Source of the DNA: a virus
Strand: one strand, 5' to 3'
Length of the DNA: 64,000 nt
IMG/VR virus record: IMGVR_UViG_3300023172_000016
Span: 1 to 64,000 of that record
Shown: one piece after another, positions 10,055-20,383 of the stretch
Layout: every line of letters starts with the position of its first letter
Numbering within the stretch: the first letter of the stretch is position 1
Position numbers and translations under genes: made by a program
The notes under the pieces: generated by a model
Databases searched by the model: none
Seen by the model: the letters and a program-made list of their open reading frames with translations, nothing else
Told to the model about the DNA's origin: nothing

Positions 10055-10624
10055 TTAAAAAATAGAATTTCCACTAATAAATCTCGAGCAAAAAGTTTTT
10101 CTGTGATGTTCAGTGAGTCCGTGTTTTTCAATAGAGTCTGTGTGAGCTTTAGAACCATATCCAGCGTTGCTTTCCCAAAGATATTCCGGGTAGAGTTTTC
10201 CTAATTCCTTCATTAGATTATCTCTTGTTACTTTTGCAATTATTGAAGCAGCAGATATGGATTGGACCTTGCTGTCGCCTTTTATAATGCATTCAAATGG
10301 GATTCCTTTGTGTCCTGGAAATTTGTCACCGTCTATTAATAGCTTAGAAGGTGTGGTATTTAAGTTATCTATGGCCTTTTTCATAGAAACAAAAGTTGCC
10401 TGTAGAATATTGATGCGATCTATCTCTTCCGGATCTGATGATCCAATTCCATAGCTGAGCGCATTTTCTAAAATTATCTGATAAGCCTCTTCCCTCTTTT
10501 TAGGACTTAATTTTTTGCTGTCTTTGATCAGTGGATGGACGAATCCATCCGGGAGAATAACTGCGGCAGAAATGACAGGACCTGCTAGACATCCTCTGCC
10601 TACTTCGTCAATTCCTGCTTCCAT
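10055..10624 (-). CDS. rnhB: Ribonuclease HII
   Basis: AGIDEVGRGCLAGPV, DSKKL, LIDG, KGD, SIIAKVTRD; start moved to MEAGIDE. Confidence 0.95.
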   Translation of the reverse strand: MEAGIDEVGRGCLAGPVISAAVILPDGFVHPLIKDSKKLSPKKREEAYQIILENALSYGIGSSDPEEIDRINILQATFVSMKKAIDNLNTTPSKLLIDGDKFPGHKGIPFECIIKGDSKVQSISAASIIAKVTRDNLMKELGKLYPEYLWESNAGYGSKAHTDSIEKHGLTEHHRKTFCSRFISGNSIF

Positions 10625-10799
10625 TTTTGAGCATCTCCTTCTTAGCTTCACTAAGTGCCTGGTCATAGATAGCATCTCGGTCTATCCATGATTTCCCTTC
10701 CATTCGGAGTTCTTTTTGCCTTTTATTGACTTTCTCCATTACTTGGTCTTTAATTCCAAGTTCCCAAGCTTCCATTAATAGATCTTCGATGTAACTCAT
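10608..10799 (-). CDS. Hypothetical protein
   Basis: 63-aa ORF between rnhB and the phosphoesterase. Confidence 0.5.
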   Translation of the reverse strand: MSYIEDLLMEAWELGIKDQVMEKVNKRQKELRMEGKSWIDRDAIYDQALSEAKKEMLKNGSRN

Positions 10800-10804
10800 T
10801 TTAT

Positions 10805-12349
10805 TTAAACATTTGCCATCAGGGTGGCTTTAATCCCATTCTCTGGATGTACTACATAAGCATGTAATGCTCTGGTAGATCCCTCATACCCGTGATTGTG
10901 GTGCCATCTATCGGATCCAGATAAACTAGGCATTTGGAATACCTTTACACCTTTAAAATCTTTTACCATCTCGTGGTGCAAGTGACCGGTGAAGAAAGCT
11001 CTGTGTTTGGTTTTTGCCCAAAGATCAGCTGCTTCGTTTGCCATCATGTAAGGCAGATCCTGTAACTTCATACCATCACCGTGTGTGAATCCCATCAAGG
11101 TGTTTCCGTAGCTGAAGTATTGGCGGAATTTGTGACATCTTATTACATTTACATCTTCGCAGTCTCTATAGTAAGCCCCCAGGTACTGTAACAAGACGTG
11201 GGAGAGCTTAAAATCATGGTTACCCGCAGTGAGGATAATCTCAACCTCAGCAACTTGTCTTAGCATATCCAAGAATTCAACCATAAGCTGCTGGCCCTCT
11301 ACCATAATCTGGATAAATGTGCCGTCACAATCCTGTGGAGTTCCTTTTGTTGTGGTTCCTCTCATTGTATCTACATGGAAAAAGTCAGAACCAACAGGAA
11401 CAATGATCTTTTCAATGTTATATTTAATGATATCCGGGATAAGCTCTTTTGTCTTTTGTAAGAGCAAGTCCCTTGCCATTTGTCTGTTATATTCTTCTCT
11501 TACCTCTCCAGACCAAGCGTATTTTCCATAATGTAAATCAAAGGGAGACATCACTAAAGCGTGTTTGTCTCCCTTTGGAAGGTCTAGCTTAGGTACTTTA
11601 TATTTTGCAAAAACGTTTTCAAGCTTCTCTGCAAGTGGGTTAAGGGTTAATCCTTTAAATGCCCACCAATTGTTTGCAGCGTCTTTGATAAGTTTTTCTT
11701 CTTGTCTAGTATATTTCTGGAAGAAAGAAAATTTCCTCTTCTGCAAAGCATCTTGAACCATCTCGTCTTCACCCCTTGAAAACATTTCCTCGTCTGTGTA
11801 AGGCTCTGAGTCGTGAGTCCATCCCATGATAGACTTAAGAGCAATGAAGATGTTTCTTGGGATTTCGAAATTTCTACAGATTTCATTGATGGTCTCTGGA
11901 GATCCGTCAAGATTAGAATATCTTGACTTCATATCTCTGACAATGGTTCCGGTGAACTTGTATGGTTTGTTCTTTATGTAAACTATGTAAAGGTCCTTGG
12001 ACTCGTCAAAATAGTAAGCAGAATTGTGTTTGTACTTTTTGTAAGCAGCTTGTGCAAGTTCCTTTTCTTCATTCTCCTCAATTTCTAGTTGCTCGTCGCT
12101 AATTTCGCTTTCCCTTTCAAACTTCTTTTGGATTTCTACTTCCAATTCTATGTTGTCGTCTTCTTGCGGTGTTTGTAGGTGTACTGAAATTGCTCTTCTT
12201 AAGCTGTCAATGTGTGAAGATCCGAGGTCTATTGAATTCTTTGAAACTATTTCTCTGGCTATTTCAGAGTGATTCAATCCTTGTTTAAATAACTGAATTA
12301 TTTGATCCTTAAACTTTTCAACTATTTCTCGGAGGGATAATTTGCTCAT
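10805..12349 (-). CDS. Calcineurin-like metallophosphoesterase with N-terminal HTH-like region
   Basis: DLHYG, GSDFFH, GNHD, FTHGD, GHLHH motifs. Confidence 0.85.
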   Translation of the reverse strand: MSKLSLREIVEKFKDQIIQLFKQGLNHSEIAREIVSKNSIDLGSSHIDSLRRAISVHLQTPQEDDNIELEVEIQKKFERESEISDEQLEIEENEEKELAQAAYKKYKHNSAYYFDESKDLYIVYIKNKPYKFTGTIVRDMKSRYSNLDGSPETINEICRNFEIPRNIFIALKSIMGWTHDSEPYTDEEMFSRGEDEMVQDALQKRKFSFFQKYTRQEEKLIKDAANNWWAFKGLTLNPLAEKLENVFAKYKVPKLDLPKGDKHALVMSPFDLHYGKYAWSGEVREEYNRQMARDLLLQKTKELIPDIIKYNIEKIIVPVGSDFFHVDTMRGTTTKGTPQDCDGTFIQIMVEGQQLMVEFLDMLRQVAEVEIILTAGNHDFKLSHVLLQYLGAYYRDCEDVNVIRCHKFRQYFSYGNTLMGFTHGDGMKLQDLPYMMANEAADLWAKTKHRAFFTGHLHHEMVKDFKGVKVFQMPSLSGSDRWHHNHGYEGSTRALHAYVVHPENGIKATLMANV

Positions 12350-12465
12350 ACTATCTTGTGTGATTTGCCCTTACGGTTTAGGTAAGGAATTTTCTAATAT
12401 ATGGGAGATTCTCAAAAAAATTTCGGCCTGTTTATCATTTATATAACAGAACTATTTTGTATCAC

Positions 12466-12495
12466 AAAAAAACGGGCTCAATTCCTTGAACCCGC
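12466..12495 (-). terminator. Intrinsic terminator
   Basis: GCGGGTTCAA-GGAA-TTGAGCCCGT followed by a T run on the minus strand. Confidence 0.75.
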
Positions 12496-12518
12496 TTAGT
12501 TATTAATCCCTGGAAATT

Positions 12519-12815
12519 TTACTCTTTGTCCTCTTTTGAAATTGCACCAACTATTTCCATTAGTCCTATCTCCTTTTCAAGTTCTTCAAAGTATTCTGTA
12601 ATGTACTTACATTTTTCATATTCCTCCGTGGACTCATAGTAATCAAGCAAAGATGTTCTAATCGCATCCCTTTTCTTGACAAGTCTTGGATGTAAAATTG
12701 CTTTTGTACCCATAGTCTCCATCCTTTGGATTGCGTTTTCGTAGATATTTCTTTCTAATTTTTTAGGTGCTTGGTCCAATTCCATTTTTTTATATTTGGG
12801 TTCCTGTCCGGTCAT
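12519..12815 (-). CDS. Small protein with UVR-like EEYEKC motif
   Basis: YYESTEEYEKCKYI. Confidence 0.6.
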   Translation of the reverse strand: MTGQEPKYKKMELDQAPKKLERNIYENAIQRMETMGTKAILHPRLVKKRDAIRTSLLDYYESTEEYEKCKYITEYFEELEKEIGLMEIVGAISKEDKE

Positions 12816-12987
12816 CTTTTAAAACTTCAAAAAGGTCGTGGCATTTTTCATACTCCTCAAACTCTTCGAGAATTTCTAGACATTCCTTTGAATTTTCAAG
12901 CAAAGAGCTCTTTAACCCAAACTTTACAATATTTGAGTAAATTCCTAGTGCCCAGTTTAATTCATCTATAGTCCGAAGAGTTTTCAT
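12790..12987 (-). CDS. Small protein with UVR-like EEYEKC motif
   Basis: LEEFEEYEKCHDL. Confidence 0.55.
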   Translation of the reverse strand: MKTLRTIDELNWALGIYSNIVKFGLKSSLLENSKECLEILEEFEEYEKCHDLFEVLKDDRTGTQI

Positions 12988-13015
12988 GATTTCCCATTCA
13001 AACTATATATTTCAA

Positions 13016-13240
13016 TTAGCTGAGAAAAGAAAAAGCATTTACTTCCTTCTGGAAAGGAATTCCAGCACGATTTGGTGCATTATATTCAACCATAAGCATC
13101 CTATCTCCATCTTGGTTAGCATAAACGTTTAAAACCTTTACCGTGTTATTGGTTGCATTTTCCCTTAGGATGTCTCCTTTTGTGACCTTAATTCCGTTTA
13201 GCATTGCGGAAGTTGTCAAGAAATATTCTTTTGCGTCCAT
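13016..13240 (-). CDS. Hypothetical protein
   Basis: 74-aa ORF. Confidence 0.5.
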   Translation of the reverse strand: MDAKEYFLTTSAMLNGIKVTKGDILRENATNNTVKVLNVYANQDGDRMLMVEYNAPNRAGIPFQKEVNAFSFLS

Positions 13241-13533
13241 TTTTCAAATTCATTAATTAAAGTTTTAACCTCTGAGCAGGTTTCGTATCTTTCAAGCTCC
13301 TCAGACCAAAGAAGGTAATTTCTCAGGAATGTTCCATAATCTTCTTTCTTTATAATTATGGAATATCCTTCCTCATTCTCAAGGCCATCTTCGTCCAAGT
13401 GGAAAATGATAGAGAATGAATATTTCTTTTTTACCCCCTTCTTAATTTTTTGGTAAATGATCTGCCAAAAGGCATCCTTTTCGCCAAAGGACATTTCATC
13501 GCTAAAAATTAGATGGTCGTTTGGATCTTGCAT
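13216..13533 (-). CDS. Small protein with UVR-like ERYETC motif
   Basis: SEELERYETCSEVK. Confidence 0.55.
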   Translation of the reverse strand: MQDPNDHLIFSDEMSFGEKDAFWQIIYQKIKKGVKKKYSFSIIFHLDEDGLENEEGYSIIIKKEDYGTFLRNYLLWSEELERYETCSEVKTLINEFEKWTQKNIS

Positions 13534-13537
13534 GTTT

Positions 13538-14608
13538 TTATTTTTCTAGTTCCACCTCCTCAACACCAGGAGAAAGAATGATGCCCATAAATGCTGTAAT
13601 TAGATAAGGGTCTGCATTGGAACCTGGCCTTCTATCCTCAAGATATCCTTTCCATTGTTTTGCAGTGTCCATTGGAATTCTAATCGACGCCCCTCTATCA
13701 CTAACACCCCATGAAAATTTCTCAATGTTTTGTGTCTCGTGATTACCAGTAAGTCTTTGATCATTATCTGAGCCATAGATTCTGATGGCTTCTTCGTGCT
13801 TATCTTCCATGTCTTTGAATATAGCCTCGAAGTAATCTTTTCCACCGGCAGTTCTCATCACCTCGTCAGAGAAGTTAACATGCATACCAGATCCATTCCA
13901 ATCTTCCTCTGCTCCCATGGGTTTGGGGTGATAGTCTACCTTTACCCTGTATTTTTCTGCAATCCTATTAAGGATAAACCTAGATACCCAAAGATCGTCG
14001 CCAGCGTTTTTATTTCCTTTAGAAAATACCTGATATTCCCACTGCCCAAGCATTACTTCTGCATTGGTTCCTGTAATGTTGATCCCACAAGATAAACAAG
14101 CGTCCATGTGTTCTTCTACAATTTCCCTTCCAGCACTATAAGGATGTCCTACTGAACAGTAGTATTTCCCTTGTTTTTCTGGTGCATCAAAGTTTTCAAA
14201 ACCTAATGGTCTACTTTCTTTTCTATTATGCCATCTTAGGACATATTCTTGTTCAAATCCAAACCAGTGTGTTTCCTCATCAACACTTACGGTAGATCTT
14301 GTATTGGTTTCGTGAGGTGTACCGTCTGGATTCATTACTTCGCACATTACCAAGTAGGAAAATCCGTTTCTTAACGGATCTTGGTAAAGCTTAACTGGTT
14401 TTAAAACACAGTCTGACGAGCTTCCTTCTGCTTGGTTAGTTGAACTCCCATCGAAAGACCATAATGGAATGTCTTCCAATTTTGGCATCATTAAAGTTAA
14501 TGGATTCTCTATCCCGTCGGGGTTGAAATCCAAGACTTTTACTTTCGACCTTAAATTAGGTTCTGGTTTATAACCATCTAGCCAGATGTATTCGAGTTTG
14601 ATTTTCAT
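13538..14608 (-). CDS. glnII: Glutamine synthetase type II
   Basis: KLEYIWLDG, WSFDGSST.QA, WFGFEQEY, NAEVMLGQWEYQV, DWNGSGMH.NFS, RGASIRIP, YLEDRRP. Confidence 0.95.
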   Translation of the reverse strand: MKIKLEYIWLDGYKPEPNLRSKVKVLDFNPDGIENPLTLMMPKLEDIPLWSFDGSSTNQAEGSSSDCVLKPVKLYQDPLRNGFSYLVMCEVMNPDGTPHETNTRSTVSVDEETHWFGFEQEYVLRWHNRKESRPLGFENFDAPEKQGKYYCSVGHPYSAGREIVEEHMDACLSCGINITGTNAEVMLGQWEYQVFSKGNKNAGDDLWVSRFILNRIAEKYRVKVDYHPKPMGAEEDWNGSGMHVNFSDEVMRTAGGKDYFEAIFKDMEDKHEEAIRIYGSDNDQRLTGNHETQNIEKFSWGVSDRGASIRIPMDTAKQWKGYLEDRRPGSNADPYLITAFMGIILSPGVEEVELEK

Positions 14609-14685
14609 GAATAAGTAATTATTTTTTTGCTCCTTGTTTATATACCAGGAAGCAAAAAAATTTTCGACTTATTTCTTAGAAAATT

Positions 14686-14874
14686 TTATGGCTGTTTTGA
14701 CTGAAGGTCCTCAGCTTTTTTGCTGAAATCTTCATATTGAATGATTTTCCCTGTTGTCCCCCTCTCTAAACCTAGGGATCCCTTCTCTGTGCCGAAGGTT
14801 CTTTCATCAAACCACCTGACAAAGTTGTCTACTGTTTTGAATTTCTTGTTGGGTTCTACTACTGGTAAAGACAT
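14686..14874 (-). CDS. Hypothetical protein
   Basis: 62-aa ORF; internal IIQYEDF motif. Confidence 0.5.
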   Translation of the reverse strand: MSLPVVEPNKKFKTVDNFVRWFDERTFGTEKGSLGLERGTTGKIIQYEDFSKKAEDLQSKQP

Positions 14875-14895
14875 AATGTTTTCTTTTTTATTGCT

Positions 14896-15276
14896 TTATT
14901 TATCAAGGAAAAACATTTTAGTCAAAATACCAACCAAAGCTGAAAATATAATCCAAATGATTTTAGTGACTGTTCCTTTCCATTTTACAAGCTCAACGTG
15001 TTCGAGCATCATCTCTTTAAAATCTTTCTCCTCCTCTTCCTGATTCTCCCTGTAGCGAGTGTTTTCATTGACCCTAACAATGACACCATCATCTGGATCG
15101 AGCAATTTTTTTTTTAGGTCCGATAGATCTTTCTTCATATCGGCCTGAGATTGCTTTAACTCCTCTATGTTCGTTTGAATAACTTTTAGCTCACCGTTCG
15201 GTAGCTGGCTTTTCATCTTAGACAGTTCATCTAAAATGTCCTTCATAAGATCCGTTACTTGATTTTTGTCTGTCAT
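14896..15276 (-). CDS. Coiled-coil protein with C-terminal transmembrane helix
   Basis: Heptad-rich region then KIIWIIFSALVGILTKMFF; probable start MTDKNQV; GATATATA box at 15323-15330. Confidence 0.6.
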   Translation of the reverse strand: MTDKNQVTDLMKDILDELSKMKSQLPNGELKVIQTNIEELKQSQADMKKDLSDLKKKLLDPDDGVIVRVNENTRYRENQEEEEKDFKEMMLEHVELVKWKGTVTKIIWIIFSALVGILTKMFFLDK

Positions 15277-15576
15277 CGCTCTAGTTTGGTTTATTCCCCA
15301 ACAACCCAAAATAAAGCTAATCTATATATCAGGTTATATCCTGACAAAGGAAGACAAAAGAAGGTAATGAAAATTTTATGCAGGCTCTAAATCGACCAGT
15401 GTACCCTCAACAATAATAAAGGAATCTACAGTTTCTTTGGGTGTATTTATAAGAAAAAAACCATAGCAACCCTTTTTATTCACAGAATCCTTCATAATGG
15501 TAGATCCATAGAATCTTATTAAAGCACAGGTTTCCAAATGCGCTTGAGCTGTCATAGTTTTAATAGCAATTTTCAA

Positions 15577-15852
15577 CTATTCAAGGATCTCTCTGGAAAC
15601 ATCATCGATATGAACAACAATATATTCATTTGCCTCCGTTATGTGTAGCAGTACCTCCTCAGATGAAAGACTTCCTATCAGAGTAGAATTTTCTCCCTCA
15701 AAGGAAAAGTTTGTTTCAAGGTGTGAGGCTTCAAGTTTAGATCTCCTCATCCATTTACTTTGATTTCTTACGAAAAGATCAGCATAGTACTTTCTCATGG
15801 AGTCTGTGGGCTTCTTAATTTTTCTTCTCCTTTTTCCTGATAAATTTGCCAT
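15577..15852 (-). CDS. Hypothetical protein
   Basis: 91-aa ORF. Confidence 0.5.
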   Translation of the reverse strand: MANLSGKRRRKIKKPTDSMRKYYADLFVRNQSKWMRRSKLEASHLETNFSFEGENSTLIGSLSSEEVLLHITEANEYIVVHIDDVSREILE

Positions 15853-15853
15853 T

Positions 15854-16801
15854 TTAATTGTAGTAACCTTTTTCTTTTAACGTGTCTAAATGTTGTATGA
15901 TTTTTTCCAGCTCTTGTTCCCTCTTTTCTCCGTGTAGAACTTTGATGAGGTTTTTATCCTTTGGTATTTTATAAAAATCCCCACTTAGCGTATCTTGTTC
16001 TACCTCGGTTTCGAAGAAATGCTTCACCGTGTTATATCCATCGTTGATGTTGATATAGCTCATTGGTAAACCTCCTCCCCCATATTTCCATACAAGTACG
16101 TTGGTTGGGGTTTCGTCTTGGAAAGGAGCATAATAATAAACATCAACAATTCTCCAAAGAACATCCAATAGTTTGTCGAGAACATCTAAGAATTCTTCGC
16201 ACTTTTTATTAGCTAGAAAAATATTGGTGGTCCTATACTCACCTCTGTCTTCTGGTACTAATTGTAAGAACTGCATCAGTGGCCATTCTAGTGTTTTTGT
16301 TAGATCACATTCTGGCCAGCAACCCTCAAAAGGATTTCCCCTCATTTCCCCCTCATCATCTGGTACCATCACAAATTGATGAGGTCCCTTTGTTAATAAC
16401 GGGGTCATTTCTATTTCATTACTGTGATTAAATATCTCATCTATGTTTGGACAAGCTACACTATCCACATCTATAAAGCAAACCTCATCATAGCCCATTT
16501 TGATGGCTTTTAAACAAGCTTCAGACTTTCTAGATAAAACCTGGTAGCTTCTTAATTTTTTACGATTTACATAAAAATTACCACCTTCTACACTTTGGAA
16601 ATCCTCGTCATTTTCGAAAAGTTCGTAATCTATCCGGTGGAATTTTACACCTTCAGGCATCTCTAATCCAGAATCTCCTGGGAAGTAGTTTATGCAAAAG
16701 ATGTTGATGTCATATTCCGAATACTTCTTTAAACTTTTTATTAGCCACAATGTGAGATAGTGGTAATTTTCAGTGGTTATTGAAACGTAGGATCTTCTCA
16801 T
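15854..16801 (-). CDS. Glycosyltransferase-like protein (GT-A fold)
   Basis: CFIDVD DxD motif, PFQDET..N, KVLHG; paralog of 44986-45828. Confidence 0.6.
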   Translation of the reverse strand: MRRSYVSITTENYHYLTLWLIKSLKKYSEYDINIFCINYFPGDSGLEMPEGVKFHRIDYELFENDEDFQSVEGGNFYVNRKKLRSYQVLSRKSEACLKAIKMGYDEVCFIDVDSVACPNIDEIFNHSNEIEMTPLLTKGPHQFVMVPDDEGEMRGNPFEGCWPECDLTKTLEWPLMQFLQLVPEDRGEYRTTNIFLANKKCEEFLDVLDKLLDVLWRIVDVYYYAPFQDETPTNVLVWKYGGGGLPMSYININDGYNTVKHFFETEVEQDTLSGDFYKIPKDKNLIKVLHGEKREQELEKIIQHLDTLKEKGYYN

Positions 16802-18339
16802 TTTATTAAGTACAAAGCGATTTCAGAATTACCCTGGTCATATACTCTAATTATATCTCCAGATTCAAAATTGTCTGAGGATATCCAATAAACCAGTTTT
16901 CTGTTTAGTGGTTCCATATTCCAATGTATTTTCTCTATTCCTTTTTTATATAGTGCAATTCTTGTTTTACCGATTGCTTCACTTAAAGGTTTGTAGAACA
17001 CCTGGTTACCTTTTCTTTCCCACTTTCCTAATTTACCTCCCGAAAACTGTGAAAGTAGACTTAGAATCTCAATTCTTTCATTTTTTGAATACGAAGTAAC
17101 GTGTACAATAAAATCTCCAGGATCCCAAAGATTTTTATTCATATGTGGGAAAGCATCAACAGTAAAAGGATTTTTAGCCGGCCAAAATCTGTTAAGTAAT
17201 TTTTCTTCCAACAGAAGAATACCATCTTTCCATCTATCCTTTTTAGATGAAATCCTTATTTGTCTCATTTCATGATCAAACTCGTTGATGTCCATCCCCT
17301 CCGGCCAATCTGGTGAATTCCAAATCTCATCTAAGAATTCCAAAGAATCTTGACAATTTTTTATTAGGATTTGTGAGCTCATGATATTATCATCGAAGGA
17401 GCTATTTGTTAATTCGTTGTCTGCAGCACCACCCCCACTTGGAAAAACAATAAACTTGTCATTATTCAAAAATGATTCAAGCTTAATTGTTGGGTTCATT
17501 ATTAAACAATCACAGTCTATAAAGAAAAGCCAGTCTGCAGTGTTCTTTTTAAGTAACTCCTTGAGCAATTTTATCTTTCCCCACTGAGCATGTCTACCCT
17601 CCAGAAAATCACTATCTATTTTGAAATCAACAAGACTATAGTTATGTACAGTACAGTAATCTCTGAAATTCTCCTTAATGGTAATTGCAGCCATATCCGT
17701 ATAATTGTCATCATACATAGATACTACCGCTATTCTTTCCTTCTTTTCAAAAGAAAAGTTACCTCCAGGTAGTTGTTTGGTTTTTTGATATCCGAAGTCC
17801 TCTAACCTTCTAACTAAACTTTTAAATTCCTCCTCGGTGGATTCTAAGCTGTGCTCTCGATTGTACTCAAACGTTATCTCTCTTGGTAAAACCTTTTCGT
17901 AGTCCAGAAGGGAATTAATGATTGATAGGTCGTTGCCTTCCAAATCCGTTTTAAGTATTCCTATTTCCGTTATTGAATATTCTTCAATAATCTCCTTTAT
18001 GGTAATGGTTCTTACCCTGTTCTTTTCGTAAAGATGCTCTATATTTTTCTTTCTGAGCTCGTCAAGAACATATGGGTGTGGGGATCCTAATTTTGAACAT
18101 CCCCTTATCCAGTCAGGTAAAGAAAACTCTTTTATGGTTTTTTCCGAGAGCGTATAGATGTAATCCTCTCCGCTTTCTTGGGAAACAACTGCATTTAACT
18201 TTGTTACATTTTCTCTATCTGGAAGGTTGTCTAGGTAATGTTTTATGGCTTCAATACTTAAACCTCTTTCGTGATCTTTGCAAGATTGAAGTAGGGTATC
18301 AAAATCACAAGTGCCTATTTCTACAAAATCGTATTTCAC
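16798..18339 (-). CDS. FkbM-like methyltransferase fused to a galactosyltransferase-like (GT34-type) domain
   Basis: N-terminal FVEIGTCDF...LKTDLEGND; C-terminal WGKIKLL, WLFFIDCDCLIMN, GDFIVH. Confidence 0.7.
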   Translation of the reverse strand: MKYDFVEIGTCDFDTLLQSCKDHERGLSIEAIKHYLDNLPDRENVTKLNAVVSQESGEDYIYTLSEKTIKEFSLPDWIRGCSKLGSPHPYVLDELRKKNIEHLYEKNRVRTITIKEIIEEYSITEIGILKTDLEGNDLSIINSLLDYEKVLPREITFEYNREHSLESTEEEFKSLVRRLEDFGYQKTKQLPGGNFSFEKKERIAVVSMYDDNYTDMAAITIKENFRDYCTVHNYSLVDFKIDSDFLEGRHAQWGKIKLLKELLKKNTADWLFFIDCDCLIMNPTIKLESFLNNDKFIVFPSGGGAADNELTNSSFDDNIMSSQILIKNCQDSLEFLDEIWNSPDWPEGMDINEFDHEMRQIRISSKKDRWKDGILLLEEKLLNRFWPAKNPFTVDAFPHMNKNLWDPGDFIVHVTSYSKNERIEILSLLSQFSGGKLGKWERKGNQVFYKPLSEAIGKTRIALYKKGIEKIHWNMEPLNRKLVYWISSDNFESGDIIRVYDQGNSEIALYLIK

Positions 18340-19130
18340 TAGATGTTCTTTTGTTTTAGTATTTGTTTCTGGCTATTGAAACAATGTAGGGAAACTATGT
18401 GCATTGCATAGTAGCCAGGAACTACATTTTCCCAAGACTTGTCCCTTTTTTTCATTTCTTCAATAACCCATAGCAACTTTCTGCAGGCAAGATAGATGTC
18501 ATCCCTAAAATGTCTCATGATATCACAAGACCTGATAAAATAAGAAACGTGAAGAAAGTCTCCTCTCCTCATGAAATGATATCCGATAGTACATGGAACC
18601 CTTTCCTGGTGGTGAGACCCAGTATCCTCGGGAAACCAAATTGGTAGAAAAGCTTGTCTCGTAAAAGGCTCTCTTTCCAAAAGGTCTAATACATCATTAA
18701 AATCTCCGTACTCGTACCTAATTCCTTGTAATTTCCTTCTTGGTAGTTTACCTGTCTCTAAATCAAAAGGAGCTTTTTTAGGCCAAATCCTTTCTGGATA
18801 GGTGTGGGAAAACTGCTCTTCTTTTTTGAACTCGCTATTTTTGTTTTGATTAAAAGGCCACCATTCGTTTGAGGGTGGTGGATTTAGCGGAATCCCGCCA
18901 ACTCTTTCATCAAAGTGATTATCAGCCCAAGGAAGGTTTGGTTTTACCTCAGATATTAGTTCCTCCAAAGTTTCAGGAATAAACATCTGAAATGAATGAT
19001 TCATTACTTCCCACATGTCATCAGGTGATTCAATCCCTTGCCACCTTTCAGTCTTAACCACGTACCCATGATTTCTTAGTCGGTCTTTTGTCCATTCTAT
19101 TGCTAGGGAGGGCTTGTAAAAGGTTTTCAT
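18339..19130 (-). CDS. Thymidylate-synthase-family enzyme, probable dCMP hydroxymethylase-like
   Basis: TRQA, VPCT catalytic Cys, IRSCDIMRHFRDD, SLH; divergent from the ThyA at 5206. Confidence 0.75.
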   Translation of the reverse strand: MKTFYKPSLAIEWTKDRLRNHGYVVKTERWQGIESPDDMWEVMNHSFQMFIPETLEELISEVKPNLPWADNHFDERVGGIPLNPPPSNEWWPFNQNKNSEFKKEEQFSHTYPERIWPKKAPFDLETGKLPRRKLQGIRYEYGDFNDVLDLLEREPFTRQAFLPIWFPEDTGSHHQERVPCTIGYHFMRRGDFLHVSYFIRSCDIMRHFRDDIYLACRKLLWVIEEMKKRDKSWENVVPGYYAMHIVSLHCFNSQKQILKQKNI

Positions 19131-19187
19131 TACTATTACTCGTTAGTGTCTTTATTATTGTATTTCTGTTTGGTTTCTAATGTTATT

Positions 19188-19724
19188 CTAAACTTCAAAA
19201 ATATTTCTCACTTGACGATTCTTACCCCCTTTTGGTTTTATGGTGCTTTCTTTAATATAAACCTCAGATATAGATATTGACTCATAGTGCTTAAACCCCA
19301 TTTTACCTAAAATAATTTTCTCGCTTTCCTGTCTTTCAAATATGCTAGGATACTCAACACAAATTAGCTCTGTTCCCCACCTCTCTGATGAAAATCCGGC
19401 AAGCACTTTAGATGGTAGATCACTCTCTTTGATCAGAAGGATTTTTATTTCCGGTACATTTGTTGTTTCTAAAAATGCATCAATAGAATTAGATGGATCT
19501 CTTTCACAATCTATTAATTTGCAAAGCCTTCTATTCCTCCTTAAACCATTAAATTTTTCCTCTTTTGGCTGTAAACACAAAACCCTCCAGTTGTTTTTTT
19601 CGTAGGTGTATAGATGATTATCATGAACAGAAGATTCAGTAGCACCATATTCTAAAGCACCAGACTTGCAACTTTTGGGATCTATAATTTCTATTAGTCT
19701 ATCGCAAATAAGTTTTTCTGCCAT
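19188..19724 (-). CDS. Degenerate FkbM-like methyltransferase
   Basis: LEYGA, W..LCLQP, LICVEY; weak resemblance. Confidence 0.4.
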   Translation of the reverse strand: MAEKLICDRLIEIIDPKSCKSGALEYGATESSVHDNHLYTYEKNNWRVLCLQPKEEKFNGLRRNRRLCKLIDCERDPSNSIDAFLETTNVPEIKILLIKESDLPSKVLAGFSSERWGTELICVEYPSIFERQESEKIILGKMGFKHYESISISEVYIKESTIKPKGGKNRQVRNIFEV

Positions 19725-19783
19725 AAAAAAACAAGTTTACCTTTATACAGTAAACTTGCTTTATGTTTTCAGTTATTTGCTTT

Positions 19784-20368
19784 TTAATTACATACTTCTA
19801 GTTTGTAATCAGAATAAGATTTCTTGGTTGGTTTCTCATTAGGAAAGTAATAACATTCTGCTAATTCATCATCGAGGTATATCTTTTTTGTAAATCCACT
19901 TGGAATTGTTGCACCGGAGGGAAGGACTTCTGGATTTTCAAAATGAACCTTTATTGAAACCGTTACTTCACCTTCACTTGCTAGGTTTCTTTCATAAGCT
20001 TCTAAAAGTCTCCAAAGACCCCTATTTAAATCCTGGTGCTGGAGGGCACAGTTTAGATATGAAAATGTTTGTTTAAGCATTTCCCTTGTGCAGTTAAAAT
20101 CAGCAGCAGGAGCCATGTGGCCTTTATCCCACACGTTGGCTCTATAGTCTTTATTATCTGATGTGTGTACTGAATCATTCTTATAGAAATCCATGCCTTT
20201 CCTAGATGCGTTTCCATTAGGACAAAGTACTTTATATTCAACAAAAAGAGGTTGTTCCAGGGATTCTGAATATAACACCTTGTAAATTCCGGCGTCTATT
20301 CTTAGTGTATCTTTTTGTGCAAATACAACGGAAGGTATAAATAGCAGGAGTAAAAAAAATTTCCGCAT
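19784..20368 (-). CDS. DNA/RNA non-specific endonuclease (NucA/EndA-like), secreted
   Basis: Signal peptide; DKGHMAPAAD, TF...N..LQ...LNRG.W..LE. Confidence 0.9.
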   Translation of the reverse strand: MRKFFLLLLFIPSVVFAQKDTLRIDAGIYKVLYSESLEQPLFVEYKVLCPNGNASRKGMDFYKNDSVHTSDNKDYRANVWDKGHMAPAADFNCTREMLKQTFSYLNCALQHQDLNRGLWRLLEAYERNLASEGEVTVSIKVHFENPEVLPSGATIPSGFTKKIYLDDELAECYYFPNEKPTKKSYSDYKLEVCN

Positions 20369-20383
20369 TTTCTATTTTTTCCT

